Origin: Promethearchaeota archaeon
GTDB lineage: Archaea > Asgardarchaeota > Lokiarchaeia > Sigyniarchaeales > SOKP01
Length of the DNA stretch: 64,000 nucleotides
Assembly: GCA_016839705.1 (NCBI GenBank)
Contig: JAEOTR010000079.1
Span: forward strand, 1 to 64,000
Reading direction: 5' to 3'
In this document: piece after piece, positions 20,765-29,760 of the stretch
How positions within the stretch are numbered: the stretch's first letter is position 1
How the letters are laid out: each line of letters begins with the position of its first letter
Notes under the pieces: generated by a model
Database searches by the model: none
What the model was told of the DNA's origin: nothing
The model's input: the letters and a program-made list of their open reading frames with translations, nothing else
Translations under genes and position numbers: made by a program

Positions 20765-22756
20765 ATGCCCGATAAAAAACAAAGGTTAGTGTTTGACGCC
20801 AATTTCTTCATTTGTATGCTACAAATTAGAGCCCGTAATATTATAGAAAACCTAGCCAAAGCTGCTAAGGAATTGGGTTATGAATATTATATCTCAGAAA
20901 TTGTGTTTGATGAAATAAAGGCACCTCATACTTACAAAGATAAATTGAGGCAAATTATAGACGTAGAAAAAATCTTACCCATTGAAATTGAAGATGTAAA
21001 AAATGACCTTATTCCATTTAACGTAAGGTTCCCGGCACAAGATCCAGATCTATCTCTTGTTTATATAGCAAAAAATTTACTAGAAAAAGCTGATTCCTCA
21101 CCTGTTCACCTGGTAACGGATGATTTTAAACTAGTAAAAAACACGAATATGCTCTATAAAGGGAAAATTAACATCTTGTCTCTTTCAAGTTTTTTATTAA
21201 AAGTTCAGAGAAGCACTACTAATTCTCAAATGAGAAATTATTTTAAAGATATCTGGAAAAGAAGCCTTAATTATACTTTATCATATATGATTGAACGATC
21301 TAAAACTTATCCTGCTGAACAAAAAATTACTTGGTTAATTGAAAAAGCAATAACAGTTACAGAGGACTCAATTTTAACTCAAGATATTGAAATCGAGAAT
21401 CCAGATGTGGGAGTGAAATTTGAAATCGGAGCATCTCGACATTTAGAAGAAATAAACATTGCTGAAAAATATATTTCCAATCAAGATCTCCCTCAAAGTG
21501 AAGAGGAACAAGTAGTCGGTATTATTAAGTTTCTTGAAAATTTGAGAATTTCTAGAGAATATGTTAATAGGGCAAGAGAAGCGATTGTAAAAAGTGAATC
21601 AAAGGATGCAATAAAATATTTGAAAAAAGGAAATCAGTTTTTAATATCTTTACTTCAGGTGGCTTCAGGAGAATTAACAAAAATAAAAGAATATGAGATT
21701 ATTGAACAAATTATTTGTTCGGAAATTAGTAAAATGGAATTTTTGCGAGCTTTTTTACTAGTTTCACTAGGAAGGATAAATTCATCCATTAGCTCACTTG
21801 AAAGAGCAGCATTATTCTCAACCATTATTCATAATCATAAAACTTGTTTAACTCTTAATTATGTCAAGGCTTTGATCTATTTGTTCCATGGATTATACAA
21901 GAGTGCAATAATGCAATATAATTTTACTGAAGAATTGGCAGAAATTTATAATGACGATCGATTAAAACTCAAATGTTTAATTGGAAAAGCGATTTCTCTC
22001 TATATTCAAGGAGATGATAAGGATACTGCCATAAATATTATGGAACATATCTCAAGTATAAATTTGGATGAAAATTTTCTGGATGCTGTTATTGTATTTA
22101 GTGAACTTGGGGATTATTTTTTAGCATTAGGGCATTCCCAAATTGCCGCAAATTTATATAACCAAGCATTAGAGGTATCTATTGATTATAAATTAACTCA
22201 TAAAAGTGAAATCTTAATAGAGAAACTCAAAAGGGCCTATATTTCCACCGTGTTAGAAGGATATTCTGCGGAGGACATGGTTGATAAACTAGATCTACTA
22301 TTAGATAAAGCATATAGTATAAAAGATGTTGAAAAATATAACGAACAAATCAAAAAGATATCAAGTTTTAATCTTTTATTTTACACCCCATTTCCATATA
22401 TTACTGGGAAGAAGAAGGTAATTTCGTTTTCAAACTTACCAAAAGAACTAAAGGAAGATTACCTTGAGGTGGTATATTTTCAAAAAACAACAGAAAATCA
22501 AGATCAAATACTTTTTATAGTGTCTCATTTTGAATTAGGACTTTTAGGTATTAAAGTCAAAACTAGTCAAAATATAACTGGAATTGCGGAAAACTATACC
22601 TTAAAAATAAAACCCACAGCAAAAGCAAAAATCTACAAACCTGATGAGACTTTAAAAAATGACTTCTTGATCCGGGCTATTATTGAAATAACACAGAAAG
22701 ACACAGTTCAAATTAACTATTCTCTTCCATCTTTTTTTAAACAGTTAAATTTGTAA
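20765..22756 (+). CDS. PIN-domain + TPR protein
   Basis: N-terminal LVFDANFF...VFDEI...QDPDLSL...LVTDDFKL (PIN acidic residues) followed by TPR-like repeats (ELGDYFLALGHSQIAANLYNQAL). Confidence 0.75.
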   Translation: MPDKKQRLVFDANFFICMLQIRARNIIENLAKAAKELGYEYYISEIVFDEIKAPHTYKDKLRQIIDVEKILPIEIEDVKNDLIPFNVRFPAQDPDLSLVYIAKNLLEKADSSPVHLVTDDFKLVKNTNMLYKGKINILSLSSFLLKVQRSTTNSQMRNYFKDIWKRSLNYTLSYMIERSKTYPAEQKITWLIEKAITVTEDSILTQDIEIENPDVGVKFEIGASRHLEEINIAEKYISNQDLPQSEEEQVVGIIKFLENLRISREYVNRAREAIVKSESKDAIKYLKKGNQFLISLLQVASGELTKIKEYEIIEQIICSEISKMEFLRAFLLVSLGRINSSISSLERAALFSTIIHNHKTCLTLNYVKALIYLFHGLYKSAIMQYNFTEELAEIYNDDRLKLKCLIGKAISLYIQGDDKDTAINIMEHISSINLDENFLDAVIVFSELGDYFLALGHSQIAANLYNQALEVSIDYKLTHKSEILIEKLKRAYISTVLEGYSAEDMVDKLDLLLDKAYSIKDVEKYNEQIKKISSFNLLFYTPFPYITGKKKVISFSNLPKELKEDYLEVVYFQKTTENQDQILFIVSHFELGLLGIKVKTSQNITGIAENYTLKIKPTAKAKIYKPDETLKNDFLIRAIIEITQKDTVQINYSLPSFFKQLNL

Positions 22757-22777
22757 TACAATCTAGAAATAGAATGG

Positions 22778-23050
22778 CTATTCTTTCCTTAAACTTTTAT
22801 CTCGTTGTGAGATTTGATGACCATGGATGGCGCACGAAATACAGTAGTATTTTGTCTTACTTGGAGCTTGAATTATCGTTCCTGACTTTTTTAATTCAGT
22901 ATACATCCGGGAGTCAACTAGAGAGACCCTTCTTGTTACCGCTTTAGCTTTGCTACGAGCAACAGTTCTACCACACTTAGTGCACTGAACTTTAGCATAC
23001 TGACCTTTTCTCGAGCCGCTCTTTCCACCGCTTTTTCTCTTTTTTGGAAT
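22778..23050 (-). CDS. rps26e: ribosomal protein eS26 (ATT start)
   Basis: Not in ORF track. (M)PKKRKSGGKSGSRKGQYAKVQCTKCGRTVARSKAK...YYCISCAIH..., 90 aa, with the eS26 zinc motif. Confidence 0.93.
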   Translation of the reverse strand: MPKKRKSGGKSGSRKGQYAKVQCTKCGRTVARSKAKAVTRRVSLVDSRMYTELKKSGTIIQAPSKTKYYCISCAIHGHQISQRDKSLRKE

Positions 23051-23190
23051 AACTATCAGCTAGTTTTTATTTTTTTACGATTTAATTTCACGTTTATTTA
23101 CTAATTGAATTTTAGAAAACTTAAATATTTTTTCCTTAAGCGTAAAGAATTATGAGAATAAAATTAGAAAAAGAAAGAGTGTAGTTTACG

Positions 23191-23931
23191 TTAACTTTCC
23201 TTTTGATTTACATTCGCGTTCTTTAAATTTCTAAAAGTAAAGCTTAATCTCTGGATGATCGTGTAAACTAATGTAAATATAAATATAATAATACCTATGA
23301 GAAAAATCGGTGTAACAGGTACTCGGGTTATTAATGGTATATAAATGGTTAAGGGTTCACCATATATCAATAATGTTGAAAAATAAAAGATTAAATCAAT
23401 ACTGATTGTAAATAATAAAAAAAGTAGTCGTTCAGCTCGTTCCATGAATCCAACTCCTTTCATGTTTACTCCTTCATTTTCAGCTCTTGAGCGTGTATAA
23501 GATATCATTATGACCAAAAACAAAAGAATGTAACCCAATAAAAAATTAATCAAACCTCCATATATCAAACCTAAAATAAGTAGACCATCGGAAAGTCTAT
23601 CTAAATTCGAATCTAGATATGCTCCTGCTGGTGTTTCATTGCCCGTTCTTCTTGCCACTGCTCCATCGAAGAGATCAAAGGCTCCTGCTAATCCAATAAA
23701 GGCAGGAATAATCCAAGAAAACCAAAGGGATGCATATAACCAACCCATTGCGATTAAAAATGACCCTAATAATGATAAGCTGAATCCTATAAAAGATATC
23801 TTATTTGGTGTTATATTATGCTTAATTAAAAATTCCACGGGGAGTTTTATGTATCTATTTGAAATTTCTCTCTGTCGAGTTCTTTTTTCTGTTTCTTCTA
23901 TGTCGTTCAATTCCTTGACAAATCCTAACAT
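23191..23931 (-). CDS. pgsA: CDP-alcohol phosphatidyltransferase (archaetidylinositol phosphate synthase-like)
   Basis: DLFDGAVARRT...GAYLDSNLDRLSD signature; SYTRSRAE; GFMERAER. Confidence 0.88.
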   Translation of the reverse strand: MLGFVKELNDIEETEKRTRQREISNRYIKLPVEFLIKHNITPNKISFIGFSLSLLGSFLIAMGWLYASLWFSWIIPAFIGLAGAFDLFDGAVARRTGNETPAGAYLDSNLDRLSDGLLILGLIYGGLINFLLGYILLFLVIMISYTRSRAENEGVNMKGVGFMERAERLLFLLFTISIDLIFYFSTLLIYGEPLTIYIPLITRVPVTPIFLIGIIIFIFTLVYTIIQRLSFTFRNLKNANVNQKES

Positions 23932-23981
23932 TCAATAATTTAGATTATTATTTTTAAAATTTCTCTCTAATAAAAAATTTG

Positions 23982-24575
23982 TTATAATGCAAAGATTTGT
24001 AATTTCAATAATCGAATGACTGAGGAGGCTAAATAAGATTGAGTTCCAATACTAACAATTGGTAGATTTAATGCTTTTAATTCTTTTGAATTAAGAAATT
24101 CATCTTCTTGACTTCCAAGGATGAAAACAATATTTTTATTTTCTAAAAAAGTATTTCCTAATTTTAAAAAATTTACCCCTTCTTCTCTTAAAGCATAGAT
24201 TTTATAATTTTGAGTTTGAAACTTTTTGATAGCGTCTATTATATTTAAGTTAGAGATTCTAATAGAGTTCAGTGGATTATGGATGAGTTGTTTTCTTGAG
24301 TTTAATTTTAGTAAAAGGTCAACAAAACAATCGGTGAGTAACAACTCATTTTTTGGTAATTTCTCATAATTTAATTCAGAGTTAAAAATGAAAGTGCCAT
24401 AATTATCTAAAAACGCCCAGATTTCAATATTTTCTTCAAAGCCATCCTTTTTTATTATAGCTGCAAGAATACACCTCGAGATTACATCTAATCTGCCGGA
24501 AGACCCGGGAATATCTTTAATGGTATAGTTATCTATGTTAACTGTTGATGATTTAATAAAAAAAATTAGATTCAT
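23982..24575 (-). CDS. trmY: tRNA (pseudouridine54-N1)-methyltransferase
   Basis: DIPGSSGRLDVISRC, LREEG, FILG, SIGTQSYLASSVI (SPOUT). Confidence 0.85.
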   Translation of the reverse strand: MNLIFFIKSSTVNIDNYTIKDIPGSSGRLDVISRCILAAIIKKDGFEENIEIWAFLDNYGTFIFNSELNYEKLPKNELLLTDCFVDLLLKLNSRKQLIHNPLNSIRISNLNIIDAIKKFQTQNYKIYALREEGVNFLKLGNTFLENKNIVFILGSQEDEFLNSKELKALNLPIVSIGTQSYLASSVIRLLKLQIFAL

Positions 24576-24686
24576 AAATAACTCAGAGTTGATTCGTATT
24601 TTACTAAATAGAAACTGTTTACTATAGATTTTTTAACAATATAAATTTGGATATGTGTAATTTAGAAACAATATAACAAATTTTTT

Positions 24687-24884
24687 TTATGTTTTCTTTT
24701 TCCTTACCAGTCTTAAAAAGTAAAAAACAGACATGATGATTCCTAAAGTAAGAATAATACCTATAAAACCAGCAACATAATCGTTTGAGATCCAATTTAA
24801 GAAAGGTATCCAAGGAGAAGCGAGATTATCCAGCCATTCTTCTCCGTATTGATGTTGTAATAAAATCCGGTTTAACCTTATCAT
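24687..24884 (-). CDS. small single-TM (tail-anchored-like) protein, 65 aa
   Basis: ATG preceded by a purine-rich run; C-terminal hydrophobic helix followed by RLVRKKKT. Confidence 0.55.
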   Translation of the reverse strand: MIRLNRILLQHQYGEEWLDNLASPWIPFLNWISNDYVAGFIGIILTLGIIMSVFYFLRLVRKKKT

Positions 24885-24939
24885 ATGATGATATTCTCTC
24901 TCTTTTTACAGAAAAAGAATAAAGCTTAAATGATTAAAA

Positions 24940-25258
24940 GTGGCATAGATTTAGCCTAAGGACACTAACACGATATTTTCATTTTAGGGTAATGCCTTTA
25001 AAATCAAATACGTTCTCTCGTGCTAGGCAATAACCTCTATGCGCTTTTGGGGCCATAATCATGTCTGCAATCTAGGGATTACTGACTCAATCCTCATTGC
25101 ACTGGTGTTTACCTTTGCTAAGATAAGAGCCCATATAGTTTATGCATTTTTTGATTATTAAACTCAAGATTTTCGCGTTGTTTTGCACTACATAATCATT
25201 TTTTAGTCATATAAGTCCTCGATAACGCGGTTTTTTCCGTCATCGTGTTCCCGTTACT
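24940..25258 (-). ncRNA. putative structured ncRNA / long 5' leader
   Basis: Intergenic, GC-richer than flanks, no credible ORF; multiple stems with G-U pairs favouring the minus strand; TTTTATAA box at about 25276-25283. Confidence 0.5.
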
Positions 25259-25287
25259 ATAACAGAATAATAAGGTTATAAAATTAT

Positions 25288-25785
25288 TTATTTTTTCGTG
25301 AAAGGAAAAGGTTCTTTTTTACTTATGCCTTTGATCTTATCTTCAATTCTTAAAATTAAGCTTTGTAAGCAATTAAAGAGAATTTTTCTTATTATTTCAT
25401 AGTTAAGGTCGATTTCAATATCATTATCATGAAATTCATCAAATTTATAAAAGGCTTTGTAAACATTTTCAGTTTTTAGGATTTTATAAGAAGAATCGAC
25501 TAAAAAAGCATATAAATCTTCACTGTTATATTCGATTTTCATTATTAGAGAAAGCATAGCAAATTCTTTTTTACCACGAGCCCACTTAGACGGAAGCTCA
25601 AAATGGAAATTGATGATTTTCTTTTTCTTTGTAATAAGAACGATTTCAAAAAATGTGTCATCGATCTCTAAGTCAAAAAATTTCTTTAACTTATTTATGA
25701 TGTTTTCTTCTAGTCTTTCATCTGGAAAGGAAAGTAACACACTTGGACCTTGTATCCCGTCAAAATAAGACAAAACTAAATGCAC
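25288..25785 (-). CDS. longin/uDENN-like domain protein
   Basis: N-terminal LSYFDGIQGP motif typical of uDENN/NPR2-like longin folds, then beta-rich WARGKKEFAMLSL. Confidence 0.6.
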   Translation of the reverse strand: MHLVLSYFDGIQGPSVLLSFPDERLEENIINKLKKFFDLEIDDTFFEIVLITKKKKIINFHFELPSKWARGKKEFAMLSLIMKIEYNSEDLYAFLVDSSYKILKTENVYKAFYKFDEFHDNDIEIDLNYEIIRKILFNCLQSLILRIEDKIKGISKKEPFPFTKK

Positions 25786-25822
25786 CTAAATACTCACCAG
25801 ATGGTTATAATATTTTTTTAGC

Positions 25823-26293
25823 TTACAACAATCCAACGGAATCGGATCGAAACAATTCTTTCATTTCCTTGCTCATTTGACCCTGTTCTGCTTGTAAATA
25901 CTGATTTAGTATTGCAGCAATACGGGGTGCATGTTTTTTCATAGTAGCAATAATGAAACCAATTTGAACTTTTTTATCAGTAGCAATACATAAAACTCCT
26001 TTCCCTACTTTCATTGAAAAGATCATTCCTTCAAAATATTCTGTAATCTGTAAGGATATATTTCCATATCCTAAGATATGGCCTTGTTCTTCCCCAGCAA
26101 TAAAGACTGCGCCCCCAATCGCACCAATTTTTTCAATGGATATTGTATTATTATCAGAAAAAGTAAATTTAGATTGACTCAAAATAGTAATTCCTGTATC
26201 ATCAACAATTACTGCATATTTCAATCCAGGAGTACTATTGATAATATTATTTAGAATTTTTTTTAATTTTAACTCATCTTCTGAAAAACTCAA
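25823..26293 (-). CDS. Roadblock/LC7 domain protein
   Basis: helix-GLKYAVIVDDTGITI-helix (KIGAIGGA)-three strands-helix pattern. Confidence 0.85.
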   Translation of the reverse strand: MSFSEDELKLKKILNNIINSTPGLKYAVIVDDTGITILSQSKFTFSDNNTISIEKIGAIGGAVFIAGEEQGHILGYGNISLQITEYFEGMIFSMKVGKGVLCIATDKKVQIGFIIATMKKHAPRIAAILNQYLQAEQGQMSKEMKELFRSDSVGLL

Positions 26294-26498
26294 ATGTATG
26301 TCAACCTAATAAGTGTTATAACGATATAAAATGGTTTTCTTAGATTTTAAAACTATTTATTAAAACCTAACGTTATATTTTTTCTCAAACCTACTTTAGT
26401 AAATGATGAAATTTTATGTATAAAAATTTTAGTAAACTTTATGTTTTTTTACGGTTCGCTATAAAAAACTCTAATTAATCTGTTTGGAGATTAAAATC

Positions 26499-26834
26499 CT
26501 AGAAAAGTTCCTGTGATTTAATTAAGGTTTTTAGAGGTTTTAAACGATTTTTGTAATCCTTAGATTTTTCTAATAAAATCATTAACCTATAGTTTTTGCT
26601 CTTATCTAAATCACGCTTTATTTGAACCAACTTAGAGTCTTCTATAAAATCACGATTTTTTGTAATGGCAGATAATGCTAAAGTGTTTTCAAGTACCCAT
26701 AATTTCTTAGAAATCTTACTGGCTAAAGGAAAACCATGTTTGTCGGTAATAATTCCTGCTACAAAATTAGGGAAGTTTTTTTCTATCCTATATAAGAAGT
26801 AATTAACATCATCTTGATTTAGTATATTACCCAA
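26499..26834 (-). CDS. Roadblock/LC7-like protein
   Basis: FVAGIITDKHGFPLASKI motif. Confidence 0.6.
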   Translation of the reverse strand: MGNILNQDDVNYFLYRIEKNFPNFVAGIITDKHGFPLASKISKKLWVLENTLALSAITKNRDFIEDSKLVQIKRDLDKSKNYRLMILLEKSKDYKNRLKPLKTLIKSQELF

Positions 26835-26910
26835 TTTTATAACACCTAATCTATCAATTTTTCAAGTTAATAATTAAGAAATAAAAAAGTTCAGTCATTA
26901 AATGTTATAT

Positions 26911-27044
26911 GATGGGGATATTACGCTTAGAACTAAGGATTTGAAATAATGCAAATCGAATCTATCAATCATCACGATGATATCTTTGCTCTTTCTTGGG
27001 ATTACCCCTATTAGAATATCCATCTGTTTGCCAATATCCCAATC
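26911..27044 (-). ncRNA. putative structured RNA element upstream of the Roadblock cluster
   Basis: Closing stem GATTGGGATATT/AATATCCCCATC enclosing four small hairpins. Confidence 0.35.
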
Positions 27045-27157
27045 TATCTTCCTTTAGAGATGTAATTGTAATTGAATAATTTAAAACTAATATTACTTTA
27101 AACTTTTTTGATATAAAATTCTTTGGGTAAATAATAATATTACTAAGAAGAAGTTAA

Positions 27158-28135
27158 TTATTTCGAGGTTTTTTTTAATGATATACCCAGATTAAGGTTT
27201 TCAACAAGCTCACTAAAACGATTCCGAACAGTAACTTCTGTTACACAACTAACACGAGCTATACTTCTTTGAGTTCTACGTTCATTAGCAATAATACTTG
27301 AAGCATAAATCGCAGCAGCACATACACCTGTAGGCCCTCTACCTGAGGTCAATCCACGACTTTCTGCCATTCTAATAATTGATTTCGCTGTTTTCTGGCA
27401 TTCTGTTGTTAAATCTAACTCTGAAATAAATCTTGTAAGAAAATCCATTGGTTTAGTAGGATTTAGATTAAGCTCGAGCTCGATTGAAATAAATCTAAAC
27501 GATCGACTGATTTCTTTTTTGTCGACACGAGCAACTTCAGCAATTTCGTTCAACGTACGTGGTACTTTATACATTCTACATGCAGCATATAAACTTGCTG
27601 CTGCAACTCCTTCAATACTCCTACCACGGATTAAATGAGCACCAACAGCATCACGGTAAATTTTTGCGGCACACTCTCTTAAGTTTTTTTGAAGATCAAG
27701 ATTTGAAGCCATTCTATCAAGTTCACTAAGAGCAAATGTAAGGTTTCTTTCAGTTGCATCAGCTACTCTTATTCGACTTTGCCACTTTCGAAGTCTATAT
27801 ATTTGATCTCTTAATTTTGCAGGGATTTCCTTGCCAAAGATATCCTTGTTTTTCCAATCTATCATAGTACTGAGTCCTTTATCATGTATCATATACGTCA
27901 TAGGAGCACCGGTTCTAGTTCTCTTCTTCTTCTGATCTGCATCGAATGCTCTCCATTCTGGACCATTATCAATATATTTTTCGGAGTGTACTAAACCACA
28001 ATCTTCACAAACTAGCAAACCTCTATTTTCATCAAAAAATATATCATTCCCGCATTCTGTACAAATATCACCTTCTATTATCAAGTTTTCATTAGAACCC
28101 GAGTTTTTTTCTCTCCAACTTGAAATAGATACCAC
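27158..28135 (-). CDS. tfb: transcription initiation factor IIB
   Basis: Zn ribbon CTECG...CEDCG, GPEWRAF, two cyclin repeats, [14 protein letters not shown]. Confidence 0.97.
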   Translation of the reverse strand: MVSISSWREKNSGSNENLIIEGDICTECGNDIFFDENRGLLVCEDCGLVHSEKYIDNGPEWRAFDADQKKKRTRTGAPMTYMIHDKGLSTMIDWKNKDIFGKEIPAKLRDQIYRLRKWQSRIRVADATERNLTFALSELDRMASNLDLQKNLRECAAKIYRDAVGAHLIRGRSIEGVAAASLYAACRMYKVPRTLNEIAEVARVDKKEISRSFRFISIELELNLNPTKPMDFLTRFISELDLTTECQKTAKSIIRMAESRGLTSGRGPTGVCAAAIYASSIIANERRTQRSIARVSCVTEVTVRNRFSELVENLNLGISLKKTSK

Positions 28136-28179
28136 CTTTTTAATTTAAAACTAATATTTCGATTAGAACTTGTTATAAA

Positions 28180-28434
28180 TTAAGGTAATTTTGTATAAAA
28201 CCTTAGATTAGGGTCAAATTGTGAATTTGGATGAGTTTTTATAGAAACAAATGGTAGGGTGATCGGACCAAAAATATCTTTTACTAAGCCTATGACTTTA
28301 TAGTTCTCATCATATATGGGTTGTTTTAAAATTCTCTCAAGATTATTATTCCATTGTTTTACTCTAAAAATTTGGTGCTTTTTTGCTGATTGTCCAATAT
28401 AGAATAGGTTTAATTTAACCCATTTTTTTTTCAA
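28180..28434 (-). CDS. gar1: Gar1/Naf1 H/ACA RNP protein
   Basis: IGLVKDIFGPITLPFVSIK; position next to tfb is typical of archaea. Confidence 0.85.
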   Translation of the reverse strand: MKKKWVKLNLFYIGQSAKKHQIFRVKQWNNNLERILKQPIYDENYKVIGLVKDIFGPITLPFVSIKTHPNSQFDPNLRFYTKLP

Positions 28435-28647
28435 GAGATCCCCTTGCTAAATAGAACAAAATTTAATTTAAAATTTAAGATGGTAGCTAATATTTAAATA
28501 TAATGTTTTTTACTAGTCAACGTTACAAAAATGGCAAATAAGTTATAGCTGGGTTTTCCATACAGGAGACGCTCAAGCAGTAAAATAAAGAAGCTGTTTC
28601 TTAATATTAAATTGTTAATAAGGACTTACAAATTAGTAGGCGTAAGT

Positions 28648-29760
28648 TTAGTAGAAATATTTTTGTAATTGATATTTTCTTCTACAATCGCATTCAACTT
28701 CCACGTTTTCTAATGAAGCTAATTCCTGAGAGAAGACAAAATGTTGAAGCCTATTTTGAGCGGTTTTCTCACATTCTCTTTTTAAACAATTATGAATCCC
28801 TCTTTTTGTTCCAGCTCCCGACGGATCAGAAATAACTCTTACTGTTGCTAGATCCTTTTGAGTTAGGGATTTTCTTAAGACTTTAAAAAGTGAATGAAAC
28901 CAAGGTGGGCGATATTTATTTTTGTACCATAAATATTCTGCAAGAGTTCCTCGCTGAATATTTAAAGGATTAATGGATATAGTATTGATTTTTAAATCAA
29001 TTAACTTTCTAATAGAATTTATACAATCATCGATTGCTCCTGCTTCGTTGAGGAAGGGAGGTTTAAGCAATAGATAAGCTTTTAAACCTACCGTATTTTC
29101 TTTACAAATTTGTAATATATTTTTAAAATCCTCAAATCTCATGCCTTTATTTATGTAAATATTTCTGAAATAATCATTAACAGTCTCAATTCCAATCGCA
29201 ACTTCAGTATATTTTCCTTTTAGTTTTTCTTTAAGATCTTTAAGTTTTTCTGCGTCTATATACTCTAAACGACTTTCTATCGTGAATTCTTTAATATTTT
29301 CAATAGTTACAACCTTTTCATAGATATATTGCCTAGTTTCTTCAGATATTTCATTTTCATCGAAAAAGCTACCGGAATTGAATATTTTTAAAGAGTACTT
29401 CTCATCATCCTCTGAGATTTCATTAATTTTATTGTTTAACACATAATCTATTTGACTTTGTAATTGTTTTTGATTTACTTCTTCAATATTAGCATCTTGA
29501 ATGTAACCACACATTGTACATCCACCAGTCTCACCTAAAGACCAACTACACCCCTTTGTTCTTAGAATAATAGTTAATGTTTTCCCAACTTCACGGATAA
29601 GTCTGTCCTTTTTAATCCAAAAACTAACAGGGCGGTTCAAATCGGTTCCACTAATTCGTTTCCTCTTTTTCAAGGCTTTTTGCCTGATAGATTTTATTCT
29701 CTCAGAGAATAATTGTTGATAATTATTAGAACTGCTATTTTTTCTCACTAATTTTAACAA
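28648..29760 (-). CDS. archaeosine biosynthesis radical SAM protein RaSEA
   Basis: LRTKGCSW...GGCTMCGY, FNSGSFFD, KAYLLLKPPFL, YRPPW, RGIHNC; adjacent to arcS. Confidence 0.9.
   Translation of the reverse strand: MLKLVRKNSSSNNYQQLFSERIKSIRQKALKKRKRISGTDLNRPVSFWIKKDRLIREVGKTLTIILRTKGCSWSLGETGGCTMCGYIQDANIEEVNQKQLQSQIDYVLNNKINEISEDDEKYSLKIFNSGSFFDENEISEETRQYIYEKVVTIENIKEFTIESRLEYIDAEKLKDLKEKLKGKYTEVAIGIETVNDYFRNIYINKGMRFEDFKNILQICKENTVGLKAYLLLKPPFLNEAGAIDDCINSIRKLIDLKINTISINPLNIQRGTLAEYLWYKNKYRPPWFHSLFKVLRKSLTQKDLATVRVISDPSGAGTKRGIHNCLKRECEKTAQNRLQHFVFSQELASLENVEVECDCRRKYQLQKYFY

Noticed and set aside
25066-25101. Eukaryote-like SECIS (ATGA...GA in a hairpin)
   Set aside because: Upper helix is only 5 bp, the GA is out of register, and no neighbouring gene has an in-frame TGA
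24940-25258. RNase P RNA, SRP RNA or H/ACA identity for the structured element
   Set aside because: No GAGGAAAGUCC / ACAnAAnnCGGCUUA, no SRP helix-8 motif, no terminal ACA
26985-27032. c-di-GMP-I riboswitch (GGCAAAC...GCAAAG on the minus strand)
   Set aside because: Spacing is wrong, and the GGGAC and P2 tetraloop-receptor elements are absent
28540-28645. Weak hairpins between gar1 and RaSEA (GTTTTCC/GGAGAC, CTTAC/GTAGG)
   Set aside because: Short imperfect stems, too short for RNase P RNA and compatible with chance or a 3' UTR
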